NCBI GenBank assembly: GCA_035504195.1
Contig: DATJSG010000016.1
Span: 284,828 to 348,827 of the forward strand
Length of the DNA: 64,000 nucleotides
Source: Terriglobales bacterium
GTDB taxonomy: Bacteria; Acidobacteriota; Terriglobia; Terriglobales; Acidobacteriaceae
Direction: 5' to 3'
Both the position numbers and the translations under genes were made by a program. Shown in pieces: positions 1 to 9,607 of this stretch (positions are counted from its first letter, which is position 1; each line of letters starts with the position of its first letter). The notes under the pieces were generated by a model. It worked only from the letters and a program-made list of their open reading frames with translations, did no database searches and was not told the origin of the DNA.

Positions 1-1207
1 TATCTTTGTCCAGCGGCGAGCCGGGATCCATCTTGTTCTCAATTCCGTCCAAACCAGCCATCAGCATGGCCGCGAACGCCATGTAGGGATTGCAACTCGG
101 ATCGGGAGGGCGGAATTCTACCCGCCTCGCCTTCGGATCCGCGGAATACATGGGAATGCGGCACGCCGCCGAGCGATTGCGCCGCGAGTAGGCCAAATTC
201 ACCGGCGCCTCAAATCCGGGCACCAGGCGTTTATACGAATTCGTAGTCGGCGCGATAATCGCCGAAAGCGCGGGGCCGTGCTTGATCAGCCCGCCGACAT
301 ACCACAGCGCCAGCTGCGACATGGCCGCGTATCCGTCGCCGGCAAACAGCGGCTGGCCCGATTTCCACAGCGACTGGTGCGTGTGCATGCCGCTGCCGTT
401 ATCGCCGAAGATGGGCTTTGGCATGAACGTGACCGTCTTGCCGTAATGATTCGCCACATTCTTCACGACATATTTGAAGAGCAGCATCTTGTCGGCCGAG
501 CGCAACAGCGAGTCGAACTTCAGGTCAATTTCGGTTTGACCCCCTGAAGCTACCTCGTGATGGTGGCATTCCACTTCCATGCCGCAGCTCTGCATGGTCA
601 GCACCATTTCCGAGCGCAGGTCCTGATAGTGATCAGTCGGCGGGACGGGAAAATATCCTTCCCTGTAGCGTGGCCGGTAGCCGAGATTGTTCTCTGCCCT
701 GCCCGAATTCCAGCGTCCTTCTTCGGCGTCGATGTAGTAAAAGCCGTACTGCTCGCGCTGATCGAAGCGCACACTGTCGAAAATAAAAAACTCCGCCTCC
801 GCCCCGAAGTACGCCGCATCGGCGATGCCGGTTGCGCTCAAGTGCATCTCAGCCTTGCGCGCAATATGACGCGGGTCGCGGTCGTAAGCCTGCTTGGTCA
901 CCGGATCGACCACATCGCAGATCAGCACCAGGGTCGGCACTTCGGTGAACGGATCAAGCAGGTGCGTGCTCGCATCCGGCTTCAGAATCATGTCGCTCTC
1001 GTGAATCGAGGCCCATCCGCGAATCGACGAGCCATCCATGCCGAAACCTTCTTCCAACGATGCCTCGGTCAACTGCTCGACGGGATAAGACACGTGATGC
1101 CACAGCCCAGGAATGTCGGTGAAGCGCAGATCGAGGATCTTCGCGTCGTGCTTCCTGGCGAATTCAAGAACGATCCTTGATCGTGCTTTGGCATCGGCAT
1201 CAGCCAT
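1..1207 (-). CDS. glnA: glutamine synthetase type I (C-terminal end lies outside the window)
   Basis: Absent from the ORF track because it runs off the window edge. My reverse-strand translation from the ATG (complement of 1205-1207) reads [42 protein letters not shown]... It later gives [18 protein letters not shown] (around 360-420), the canonical GS-I motif. The frame is open to position 1. Confidence 0.9.
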   Translation of the reverse strand, partial: MADADAKARSRIVLEFARKHDAKILDLRFTDIPGLWHHVSYPVEQLTEASLEEGFGMDGSSIRGWASIHESDMILKPDASTHLLDPFTEVPTLVLICDVVDPVTKQAYDRDPRHIARKAEMHLSATGIADAAYFGAEAEFFIFDSVRFDQREQYGFYYIDAEEGRWNSGRAENNLGYRPRYREGYFPVPPTDHYQDLRSEMVLTMQSCGMEVECHHHEVASGGQTEIDLKFDSLLRSADKMLLFKYVVKNVANHYGKTVTFMPKPIFGDNGSGMHTHQSLWKSGQPLFAGDGYAAMSQLALWYVGGLIKHGPALSAIIAPTTNSYKRLVPGFEAPVNLAYSRRNRSAACRIPMYSADPKARRVEFRPPDPSCNPYMAFAAMLMAGLDGIENKMDPGSPLDKD

Positions 1208-1428
1208 AAGAACTCCTTGCCGGGAAATGACTTCCCTCAAAATGGCAGCGATCGCTTGCGGAAGGTCCCGCGGACGGGCAGGCTGCTACAATCGGTCGCA
1301 CTATGCAGGACTCAGGAGTCTAAAGGCTGCCTTAGACGCTGGCAATTCGATAGTTTTTATAGCCGGAATAACGCGCCTTTATACTGTAACGCGAAGGAAG
1401 TGAAGGATTTTTGAGAAGTAAAGATCTT

Positions 1429-1635
1429 CGGAAGGGCACGACTTTAGAGCGCTGCGGAAAAATTCGGCGTTCGTCACGAACGGAAGGGCACGAGTTCGCT
1501 CGTGCCGCTAAGCATACGGGAGACGCTGCGCTTCAGCGCCTGAGGTATGCTCGTGCGGGTTGGCCGATGGCCTTCTGGGGCTAAAGCCCGACGTCATCAG
1601 AGCTTTTACGGCACGGCTAAAGTCATGCCTTTCCC
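1429..1635. repeat. cluster of REP-like palindromic units in the glnA-lysR intergenic region
   Basis: GAAGGGCACGACTTTAG (1431-1447) is identical to a 17-mer inside aguA (11374-11390). There is a hairpin GGCACGAGttcgCTCGTGCC (about 1486-1505). GGGGCTAAAGCCC and an inverted copy CGGCACGGCTAAAGTCATGCC (about 1609-1630) are also present. Confidence 0.6.
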
Positions 1636-1649
1636 AAAGCGGTTGCCTT

Positions 1650-2561
1650 ATGGACTTCGACCAGCTCGAAACCTTCTTCGAAGTGGCCAGGCACGCGTCG
1701 TTTTCGCGCGCGGCGGAGAAGCGTTTCCGCACCCAGCCCGCCATTTCCTCGCAAATTCGTGGGCTCGAAGAAGAAGTTGGAGCCAAGCTGTTCGACCGCT
1801 CCGGCGGCAAAGTCTCCCTCACTGCGGCCGGCAAGGCATTCCTGAAATATGTCGAGGAAACCCTCGACGCGCGCAAGGCCATGCTGGTTGCCATCGCCGA
1901 AATGGAGCGCGTGCCCCGCGGCGAAATTATCGTCGGCGCCAATGAAGGCACGTGCCTGCACATCCTGCCCTATGTGTTTGCCGATTTTAAGCGGCAATAT
2001 CCTGACGTGTCGGTCAACATCAAACGATCCGACTACGCCAAGATTCTCGAATCGGTTATCGACAACTCCGTGGACTTCGGAGTCGTTTCCCTTCCCGTGA
2101 CCGATCCCCGCTTGACCGTGGTTCTCATCCATCGCGATGAACTGATCCTGATCGTGCCCCCGCACCATCCGCTGGGCAAGGTAAGATCGGCCACCATCGC
2201 CGATGTGGCCAAGTTTCCCCTGGTCGTGCCCAAAGCGGGACACACACGCGATGCCATCGAGCAACTTTTTCATGAGCGACGCCTGAAGCCGAACTACTCC
2301 ATGGAACTCGACTCCAGTGAACTGCTCAAGCGCTTCGTCGCCGCAGAAGTGGGTATCGGATTTATCTCCCGCTCCAATGTTGAGGAAGATGTGAAGGCCA
2401 AGGTTCTGGCGGCCGTTCCGCTGGTGGACTTGCAGGTGCGTCGCGACCTGGCTCTGGTGTTTCGCAAAGACAAAGCGCTCAGCCGCGCCGCGCTGGCATT
2501 TATCGACATTGCGGTGAAACACAAATCTACGCAAGAATTAGTGCAGACGCCCGTCCGATGA
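1650..2561 (+). CDS. LysR-family transcriptional regulator
   Basis: The start is taken at internal Met31 of ORF 1560..2561. MDFDQLETFFEVARHASFSRAAEKRFRTQPAISSQIRGLEEEVGAKLFDR is a typical LysR wHTH, followed by a substrate-binding domain. The upstream part of the ORF covers repeat DNA. Confidence 0.85.
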   Translation: MDFDQLETFFEVARHASFSRAAEKRFRTQPAISSQIRGLEEEVGAKLFDRSGGKVSLTAAGKAFLKYVEETLDARKAMLVAIAEMERVPRGEIIVGANEGTCLHILPYVFADFKRQYPDVSVNIKRSDYAKILESVIDNSVDFGVVSLPVTDPRLTVVLIHRDELILIVPPHHPLGKVRSATIADVAKFPLVVPKAGHTRDAIEQLFHERRLKPNYSMELDSSELLKRFVAAEVGIGFISRSNVEEDVKAKVLAAVPLVDLQVRRDLALVFRKDKALSRAALAFIDIAVKHKSTQELVQTPVR

Positions 2562-3940
2562 TGAAGGTTAGTTGCACAATTCTGGCAGTCTTGCCGCTCC
2601 TCTTCCCTTTTCCTGCTCCGCATTTTCCGGGGCATGTTCAGCCATCGGCCTCGGGAACAGCGCAGGCGCAAATACCGGCTGCTGAACAGAATCTGGTCGC
2701 CATCAAGGTCACTGGCAGCAAACGCTATACCGAGCAGGCCATTGCGGCTGAAACTGGACTCCAGCTTGGCGTCCCCGTCACCGAAGACGACTTCAAGAAA
2801 GCAGCGGTCCGGCTCGGTGACACGGGAGCATTCAGCGACATCGCCTACCACTACTCTTACTCTTCCGCCGGCACCAAGCTCGAATTGCAGGTCACCGACA
2901 CGCACGATTTCGTCCCCGCCCATTTTGAGGATTTCGTCTGGTTCACTGACGCCGAACTGCGCCGCCGCATCAAGGAACGTGTGCCCTTATTTGACGGCGA
3001 AGTCCCGCTCTCCGGCCGCATGGCCGACGAAATCTCCGATGTGCTGCAGGCCATGCTGGTGGAGGGCGCCATCCCCGGCCATGTTGACTACATGCGCGTG
3101 GGAAAAGAGGACGGGCCGACGGAGGCGGTCAACTATCGCGTATCCGATGTCCTGATTCGAGTGCGCAACATCGAATTTACTGGCGCGGCCGGCCCCGAGT
3201 TGCCCGCCTTGAAAGCTGCCGGCGAGAAGTTTCCCGAACCCCGGGAATACTCGCGCAGTCGGCTCAATCTCTTCACGCAGCGCCAGCTTCTGCCCGTCTA
3301 CCTGGCGCGCGGATATCTGAAGGCGTCCTTCAGCCAGCCTCAGCCCAAGGCGGTTGGAATGCCCACCGCCACCACCTATCCCGAGACCATGGAAGTTGGT
3401 CCACGCAATCTGACTTTAGTGGACGTAACCTTTGCGGTCACTCCTGGTGCGCAATACAAGTTGAAGAGCCTGACCTGGTCGGGGAATCACGAGTTCCCTG
3501 CCGACCAGCTGCGAAAGCTGGTCCACGCTGAAGTCGGTCAGCCGGCCGACACGGTTCGCCTCGCCGAAGATCTCAAGGACATCCAGAAACTCTACGGCTC
3601 CCGTGGCTTCATTACCGCCTCCCTCAAGGCAAACGCCCGGTTCGACGATGCCGCCGATACCGTGGCGATGACCATCGACGTGAAAGAGGGCTTCGTATAC
3701 CACATGGGCGACCTGGAATTCCGCGGCTTGGACAATGGCCTGACCGCCAGGCTGCGCGACGCTTGGAAAATCCGGCCAGGCGATGTATACGACGCCAATT
3801 ACCTGCAGGACTATCTGCCCCAGGCCCGTAAACTCCTTCCGCCAACGTTTGACTGGGAAGTTTCCTCGCACGTGACTGCCAACTTGCGCGACAAAACGGT
3901 TGATGTGGACCTGATCTACACGGTGAATGCGCCAAGATAA
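2558..3940 (+). CDS. secreted POTRA-domain protein (BamA/FtsQ/ShlB-type POTRA repeats, no obvious barrel)
   Basis: 460-aa ORF with a hydrophobic N-terminus. IKVTGSKRYTEQAIAAETGLQLGVPVTEDDFKKAAVRLGDTGAFSDI and IEFTG/LEFRG segments look like POTRA units. Its ATG overlaps the lysR stop (ATGA). Confidence 0.55.
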   Translation: MMKVSCTILAVLPLLFPFPAPHFPGHVQPSASGTAQAQIPAAEQNLVAIKVTGSKRYTEQAIAAETGLQLGVPVTEDDFKKAAVRLGDTGAFSDIAYHYSYSSAGTKLELQVTDTHDFVPAHFEDFVWFTDAELRRRIKERVPLFDGEVPLSGRMADEISDVLQAMLVEGAIPGHVDYMRVGKEDGPTEAVNYRVSDVLIRVRNIEFTGAAGPELPALKAAGEKFPEPREYSRSRLNLFTQRQLLPVYLARGYLKASFSQPQPKAVGMPTATTYPETMEVGPRNLTLVDVTFAVTPGAQYKLKSLTWSGNHEFPADQLRKLVHAEVGQPADTVRLAEDLKDIQKLYGSRGFITASLKANARFDDAADTVAMTIDVKEGFVYHMGDLEFRGLDNGLTARLRDAWKIRPGDVYDANYLQDYLPQARKLLPPTFDWEVSSHVTANLRDKTVDVDLIYTVNAPR

Positions 3941-4372
3941 GTCCGCGGTGCGGGAACCTCCTCGGCAGTGACTCGCGTCTCTGGATACGACTGACCACAG
4001 GTCATGATCCGGAGCTTTTTCTTTTGCTCTGTTCGGCTTTTGGAACACTTTTCGACTTTTCTTGCCAAATCACCTTTCGATGCGTACGATAGGCAGTCTG
4101 GTACGAGGGGTTTTTGCCCGGGCCCTCCCCCAACGATGATCCGGGCACAAGGCGGGGATGCTCTCAGCGTCCCCGCGTTTTCCTTTTCCCTGCCCGGTTT
4201 CGAGTTCCCCAGGCAATCTCTGACATTTGCGCCGGCGCAAAATTTACCATCCAAACGCGGTCCCAAAGCTGTAACCTTTACTGGTAACAAACATCAAGGA
4301 CAGGATTCCGGCCGCTTTTTGCAGGGTAATCTTATCTTCTTAAACAGGGTTAACGACAAGGAGAACATAGGG

Positions 4373-4720
4373 ATGAATTTTCGTTTACCACGCTTCGGAT
4401 TTGGGTTTCTGACGCTGGCTTTGGCATTGGGTCTGGCGGCATCGGCGTCGGCCAAGGCCAGGACCTTCACCGGCACCGTCAGCGACAGCATGTGCGGCGC
4501 CAAACATGCCATGCCCGGCGACGACGCTTCCTGCACTCGCATGTGCGTCGCCAAGGGCTCGAAGTACGCCCTCGTCGTTGGCGATAAGGTCTACACGCTC
4601 GATACCACCGACAAAAGCGCCTTGGCCACGCTCGACAAGCAGGCTGGCGCCATGGTCACGGTCACCGGAATCGAGAAGGACGATACCATCACCGTCAGTT
4701 CGGTCAAGGCCGGGAAATAA
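4373..4720 (+). CDS. small secreted Cys-containing protein (hypothetical)
   Basis: Internal Met124 of ORF 4004..4720 is preceded by AAGGAGAAC. The signal peptide is [27 protein letters not shown]. The mature part has MCGAKH...CTRMC. A strong terminator follows. Confidence 0.6.
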   Translation: MNFRLPRFGFGFLTLALALGLAASASAKARTFTGTVSDSMCGAKHAMPGDDASCTRMCVAKGSKYALVVGDKVYTLDTTDKSALATLDKQAGAMVTVTGIEKDDTITVSSVKAGK

Positions 4721-4748
4721 TCTCCATTGCGTTTTCGGATTTCCGACT

Positions 4749-4783
4749 GCGGGAGGGTCGCCAGCGCCTCCCGCAATTTTTTT
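4749..4783 (+). terminator. rho-independent terminator
   Basis: GCGGGAGG-gtcgccagcg-CCTCCCGC stem-loop followed by AATTTTTTT. Confidence 0.7.
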
Positions 4784-4889
4784 GGTTCATGCCCGCAAAT
4801 TCACATTTCCTTTACAAAGCATTGTGTTAGATTGTGCATTCTCAACCTTCAATTTTCTCTTTCGGAGGATTAGCGAATTGGGCAAAGAC

Positions 4890-5435
4890 ATGGTTCCCAA
4901 GCGGATTTTCTTTACCAAAGGAGTCGGAAAGCACCGCGAGCGGCTCACCTCTTTCGAATTGGCATTGCGCGACGCCGGCATCGCCGCCCAAAACCTGGTC
5001 CGCGTTTCCTCCATCTTTCCGCCCAACTGCAAGCTGCTCGCCCGCAAAGAAGGCGTGAAGTACCTGCATCCCGGTGAAGTGGTTTTTGCGGTGGTCGCCG
5101 AAAACTCTACCCGCGAACCCCATCGCCTGCTGGCCTCTTCGATCGGAGTGGCCATCCCCGCCGACCGCAACACTTACGGCTATCTCAGCGAGCACCACTC
5201 CTACGGTGAGACCGAAGACGCCGCCGGGGAGTACGCCGAAGAGCTGGCCGCCGAAATGCTTGCCACCACGCTCAACGTGGAATTCGACCCCGACCGCTCC
5301 TGGGACGAGAAAAAGCAGATCTACCGCCTGTCAAACAAAATCGTGCGCACTGCCAACGTCACCCAATCTGCCGTCGGCGATAAGCGCGGCCTGTGGACCA
5401 CGGTGATCGCTTCGGCAGTATTGATCTTTGATTAG
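4890..5435 (+). CDS. pdaD: pyruvoyl-dependent arginine decarboxylase
   Basis: Internal Met of ORF 4506..5435. [45 protein letters not shown], including the VSS self-cleavage region, is typical of PdaD. The length is about 181 aa. Confidence 0.85.
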   Translation: MVPKRIFFTKGVGKHRERLTSFELALRDAGIAAQNLVRVSSIFPPNCKLLARKEGVKYLHPGEVVFAVVAENSTREPHRLLASSIGVAIPADRNTYGYLSEHHSYGETEDAAGEYAEELAAEMLATTLNVEFDPDRSWDEKKQIYRLSNKIVRTANVTQSAVGDKRGLWTTVIASAVLIFD

Positions 5436-5570
5436 TTCGAAATCTTCGATTTATCGGCAGTGCACGGGCTACAGACCGCGTTTGCAATACGCGCTGGCAG
5501 CGCGGCTGAATCCATGCTCTCCCAGACCCAGTCATAGCTCCCGAGGCCGCATGCTATACTTTGATCTCGC

Positions 5571-6722
5571 ATGCCGAAGAATGCCGTAGGGGAAAAATTC
5601 CTCATCTTCCTTTACGTGCTGGCGATTACTCTCTCTGCGATTCACCTTTATCGCAAACCTGTCTATTCCATGGACTCCCTGCAGTACATGGGCAACGCCC
5701 TGCTCATGGAAGATCATGACATCGTCAGCGTTCACCGGCGGGTTTACGCGGAAGTGGATCGATGGGTCCCGGCCAACGCTCGCCGCGATTTGCTCGGCCA
5801 CGAGCCCGGAGGGCGCGAAGATCAGAATCGATCGCTGCAGCTCCGGGCGAAAAATGCGCTGATCTATGCCGAGTTTCTTCCCCTGTTTGCCATCCGGCCA
5901 CTTTACAATCAGGCAATTTGGGTCTTGAGCAAAACCGGGCTAGGACTCGTACGCGCTTCGATTATTATCTCGTTGGTGCCCTATTTCGCCATTGCATTGC
6001 TTCTCTTCACCTGGCTACGGCACTACGCGGGGGTGCTATTCGGCACCGGGATGGCCCTTTTGTTAATGATCAGTCCACCTTTGACCGATTTGGGAAGAGC
6101 CCTTTCCTCTGACGCAATTGCAACCTCCATCGCATTCGCGTCCTTGTATCTGATCTTTGAAAAGCACCGATTGACGCCTGGTCTGACGCTGCTGCTCGCC
6201 TCCATCTTTTTTCGTACGGATTTTGTAGCCCTGGCCGGACCGGTTCTTCTGGTGTGTTGGCTGCAACGCCGAATCGATTTCTGGAAAATGGCGGTTCTGG
6301 CTCTGCTAGCAGTTGGCTCGGTATTGGCGATTAATCACTTCGGCGGAGATTACGGAATCAAGATGCTGTATTACCGGAACTTTATCCGAGTTCCTGCGGC
6401 ACCCGCAGAAGTGGTCGTTCAGTTTACATGGCGCGACTATCTCTTGGCTTTTCGCTCGGGATTGGTTCTGGTTGCCAATAGCCATTTCCTTCCATTTCTA
6501 CTTCTGGGGACGGTTGGGCTCGTGGAACGAAAAGTGAGAGCCTTGTTTGGCGTGAGCCTGGCATACGTCTGTCTGCATTTCATTATTTTGCCCAATTGGC
6601 AGGAACGCTGGGTAGCAGTGTTCTATCTTGCCTCAGGCGTCTGCGCCGCTGCGGTTTTACAAGGTCGTCGAGCCGCGCTATTCTTAGATCGATCTCATGA
6701 CCTTGCCAGCCAATCCGGATAA
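5571..6722 (+). CDS. polytopic integral membrane protein (possible GT-C-like glycosyltransferase; function unknown)
   Basis: 383-aa ORF with many hydrophobic helices. It looks visibly AT-richer than its neighbours. No motif was recognised with certainty. Confidence 0.55.
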   Translation: MPKNAVGEKFLIFLYVLAITLSAIHLYRKPVYSMDSLQYMGNALLMEDHDIVSVHRRVYAEVDRWVPANARRDLLGHEPGGREDQNRSLQLRAKNALIYAEFLPLFAIRPLYNQAIWVLSKTGLGLVRASIIISLVPYFAIALLLFTWLRHYAGVLFGTGMALLLMISPPLTDLGRALSSDAIATSIAFASLYLIFEKHRLTPGLTLLLASIFFRTDFVALAGPVLLVCWLQRRIDFWKMAVLALLAVGSVLAINHFGGDYGIKMLYYRNFIRVPAAPAEVVVQFTWRDYLLAFRSGLVLVANSHFLPFLLLGTVGLVERKVRALFGVSLAYVCLHFIILPNWQERWVAVFYLASGVCAAAVLQGRRAALFLDRSHDLASQSG

Positions 6723-6891
6723 CATCGAGCATCCTTGCAAGTTATTAGCGATGAATGATTTACACTACATCTTTTATTCTTGGACAGCGTTGTGACTTTG
6801 GTAACGCCATCCCCCTGCCGAATGTAACGATCCGTTAACAGTGATCATCTAAAATGGCTGTAGCTGAAATGCTGAATACTGAGGGCTGGCA

Positions 6892-7167
6892 TTGGATATA
6901 GAAACTCGCAGGCAGAAGCGGCAGGAACTCATGGTCCGCATGGTGGAGCGTAAGGTGCGCGGGCGCGCCGAGCAGCTCTACCAGGAGCGCGGCCAAGGGG
7001 AGGGCTCCGCCTTGAAGGACTGGTTTGAGGCAGAAGCGGAAGTGCTTGCAAATATTACGGTTGCTCCACTTTATCGCAGACTGAAAGCTGAAACTCAGCC
7101 GGGAAACCAATCGCCCATCGAAGTGGAGGACCTGGCCGATCAGACCGCCCGTGAGCCTTCCGCCTAG
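6892..7167 (+). CDS. DUF2934-like small protein
   Basis: RAEQLYQERGQGEGSALKDWFEAEAEV matches the DUF2934 signature (RAYxLxxxRGxxxGxxxxDWxxAE). The start is uncertain: TTG at 6892 or ATG at 6931. Confidence 0.5.
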   Translation: MDIETRRQKRQELMVRMVERKVRGRAEQLYQERGQGEGSALKDWFEAEAEVLANITVAPLYRRLKAETQPGNQSPIEVEDLADQTAREPSA

Positions 7168-7190
7168 CTCCATGCGGGATAGCCTTCGCG

Positions 7191-8366
7191 CTATCTCTTG
7201 GCAACCGCCTTCGCTCCTCTGCGCAATCCTTTCTTCGCTTTTTCCAGCCGCTCCAAAACCGCCGCCACGATGATCGGCAAGCCCACGGTTGCATCCACAA
7301 AAACCTCCCCAAACCTCCCGCCCTCCGACGGCGGCACAAATTTACCCCACGAAATCGCCTCGCTATAGGGGCTGCCCGAAAGCCCTCCCCAATAAACCGG
7401 CTCAGGGCAAATCCGCAAGCCGTAGTGATAGCGCTTCAACGGTACGTTCTCCCCGAGGCGCCGGTGCCGAAGTTCACAGAACGGCCCAAACTGCTGCGAC
7501 CAGTTCCGCGGCACGCCGCCGCCGATGGTAAAGATCCCCAGTTTTTTCTGGCGCAGTAACGTCGCGGCGAAGTGCTCCAGATCTTCGAACGGATCGAACC
7601 GGATCTTGTGCCTGCCGGTCGATTCCCGCAACCGGTTGTTCAGCGCCGTATCCAGACCCAGTTCGGAGTCGCTGAATGCGGGCACAAACACCGGCACACC
7701 TTTTTCGTAAGCCGACTTCAAAATCCCCCGCGACCCCTGCGCATGCTTGACCAGATACGCGCCAATCGCATGATTCAGCTTGTACGAGCACATCACGTCA
7801 TTGTGATCCCAAGCCTCCAGCACAGCCGACATCACTTCCTCGACGTCGTCCAGATTCTGTTCCGGTTCGAGCGTGTCATAGACGCGGTTATAGCCCTGCT
7901 CGTAAAGCTCCTCGTCGGAAACTTCAGGATTCGCCCGGAAATGCGCGCGCCCCGTGGCCTCGACTAACCCATGCGCCATCAGCGCGCCGGTCGAAACAAT
8001 CGCATTGACAATACCCCGATCAATCAATTCGGTGACAATCAATCCCTGCTTGGCCACGGTCATGGCGCCGGCCAGCGTCATCACGATGAAAGCGTCTTCA
8101 TCGAGCGCCATCGCTTCGAGCACATCGGCAGCCTCGCCCAGTTGCCGTCCGGTAAAGGCAGTCTTGGCCATCGCCCGCACCAGCCCATCGATCGAATGCA
8201 CGCTGCCCAGGTCGAGCGGCTCCAGCGGAATCAATCGGTCTTCGATGGGATCATGCAGGTGCCGGTCAACCCCCTCGCCGCCGCTATGATTTCCGGCCTT
8301 CGGATGCGACTGATTCGGATGTGAATGATCCTGATGCGAATGATTTTTATGATTTCCCGGTTTCAC
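7191..8366 (-). CDS. deoxyhypusine synthase-like (homospermidine-synthase-like) protein with His-rich N-terminus
   Basis: The start is a GTG at 8366 preceded by GGAGG. The region from DRLIPLEPLDLGSVHSIDGLVRAMAKTAFTGRQLGEA to IFTIGGGVPRNW is DHS family. The upstream part of ORF 7191..8699 covers repeat DNA. Confidence 0.8.
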   Translation of the reverse strand: MKPGNHKNHSHQDHSHPNQSHPKAGNHSGGEGVDRHLHDPIEDRLIPLEPLDLGSVHSIDGLVRAMAKTAFTGRQLGEAADVLEAMALDEDAFIVMTLAGAMTVAKQGLIVTELIDRGIVNAIVSTGALMAHGLVEATGRAHFRANPEVSDEELYEQGYNRVYDTLEPEQNLDDVEEVMSAVLEAWDHNDVMCSYKLNHAIGAYLVKHAQGSRGILKSAYEKGVPVFVPAFSDSELGLDTALNNRLRESTGRHKIRFDPFEDLEHFAATLLRQKKLGIFTIGGGVPRNWSQQFGPFCELRHRRLGENVPLKRYHYGLRICPEPVYWGGLSGSPYSEAISWGKFVPPSEGGRFGEVFVDATVGLPIIVAAVLERLEKAKKGLRRGAKAVAKR

Positions 8367-8470
8367 CGCCAACCTCCAAGCCAAACAATTCTTCCCGTCT
8401 GATTTTGCACGACAACATACTCTACAGGAACCAGATGAAAGGACGCCACGCTCGGACCCTCCGGATGGTT

Positions 8471-8503
8471 TCCTTCGTGTGACTTCGTGTCCTTCGTGGT
8501 TAA
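8471..8503. repeat. short tandem CTTCGTG-type repeat element
   Basis: The sequence is TCCTTCGTGTGACTTCGTGTCCTTCGTGGTTAA. Related copies lie at 41181-41205, 44921-44945 and 49251-49285. Confidence 0.5.
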
Positions 8504-8544
8504 CGCCTTTTCTCTCCCATCCTGAAACGGCTACACTCCCAATC

Positions 8545-9546
8545 ATGCCCGGCAAGCGCGCCTTCGAAGCCCAAGTCGCCGCCCTGGACGACCTTCGCCA
8601 AGGCACGGCCGAAGCGCGCGCCAATTCGCTGCGCAAAGCCCTCGGACATCGCAATAATTTCATCGTGGCCAAAGCCGCCGACCTGATTCGCGAATTCATT
8701 CAGGAACCAGCCATAGCCAATCTTGAGCCCGACCTGCTGACGGCTTTCGGCCGCTTCTTCGACGATCCGGTGAAAAACGACCCGCAATGCTGGGCCAAAA
8801 ACGCCATCAGCCGCACACTAGCCGCCCTGGAACTTCAGGATGAAACCGTCTTTCTCCGCGGGATGCGCCACATCCAACTGGAGCCGGTCTGGGGAGGTCA
8901 GTCTGACACCGCCGGCACTCTACGCGCAACCTGCGTCCTCGCGCTCGTCCAGTGCCGCAGCCTGACAGAGCGGGATCTGCTGGCGCATCTGGTCGAAATG
9001 CTGGCTGACAAAGACAAGACCGTGCGAGTCGAGGTGGTTCGGGCCATCGAACAGGTTGGCTCAACCTCGGCGAGCCTGCTTCTCCGGCTCCGAGCCGTTC
9101 TTGGCTCAGCCGGAGCAGGCGCCGACGAACCGGAAGTCCTCGGCGCCTGTTACAGCGGAATCCTGCGCATCGAAGGCGCGGCTGCGATTCCGTGGGTTCG
9201 CCGATTTCTCGAAGCCGCCGACGACAACGCCGCCGAAGCAGCCCTGGCCATTGCGGGAACTCATTCCCCCGAAGCCCTCGACGTCTTGCGGAAGACTTTC
9301 CTGAAGGCTCACGATCCCTGGTGGCGCTCAGTCTTGCTCTCTGCCATCGCACTCACCCGTCAGGACACTGCGATCGAGTTTCTCCTCGAACTCGTCGGCA
9401 AAGAATCGCTCGAGGCCAAGGCCGCAATCGAGGCCGTCCTCCGCTCCGTGCCCTCAAAAGAGGTAATCCAACGTCTGGAGAAGCTGGTCGAAGGCAATCC
9501 ACGCCTGAAGCGAATCGTCGCCGCGCAACGAAAGGGATCATCGTAA
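8545..9546 (+). CDS. HEAT/ARM-repeat protein
   Basis: Met23 of ORF 8479..9546. The protein is all-helical with repeated A/L-rich roughly 30-40 aa units (e.g. DKDKTVRVEVVRAIEQVG). Confidence 0.55.
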   Translation: MPGKRAFEAQVAALDDLRQGTAEARANSLRKALGHRNNFIVAKAADLIREFIQEPAIANLEPDLLTAFGRFFDDPVKNDPQCWAKNAISRTLAALELQDETVFLRGMRHIQLEPVWGGQSDTAGTLRATCVLALVQCRSLTERDLLAHLVEMLADKDKTVRVEVVRAIEQVGSTSASLLLRLRAVLGSAGAGADEPEVLGACYSGILRIEGAAAIPWVRRFLEAADDNAAEAALAIAGTHSPEALDVLRKTFLKAHDPWWRSVLLSAIALTRQDTAIEFLLELVGKESLEAKAAIEAVLRSVPSKEVIQRLEKLVEGNPRLKRIVAAQRKGSS

Positions 9547-9607
9547 AAGGCTTGGCGTGGCAACATGAAAGCTACCCTCTGAGAGCCGACCGCTTTCTCC
9601 TGCTATA

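Noticed and set aside
1623-2534. 303-aa ORF antisense to the LysR gene.
   Set aside because: It lies entirely within and opposite a gene with a clear family signature. Its composition is Gly/Ala/Arg/His-rich, as is typical of antisense frames in high-GC DNA. No motif was recognised.
4004-4372. N-terminal 123 codons of ORF 4004..4720 as coding sequence.
   Set aside because: An internal Met with a good RBS is followed by a classic signal peptide. The upstream part is Pro/Gly/Ser/Phe-rich with no features, so it is more likely a long 5' intergenic region.
8545-9546. The HEAT-repeat protein next to the DHS-like gene as a bacterial deoxyhypusine hydroxylase (DOHH).
   Set aside because: The idea is tempting because eukaryotic DOHH is a HEAT-repeat enzyme. 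But the four conserved His-Glu metal-binding motifs are absent; I see no HE pairs in the repeats. Adjacency alone is insufficient.
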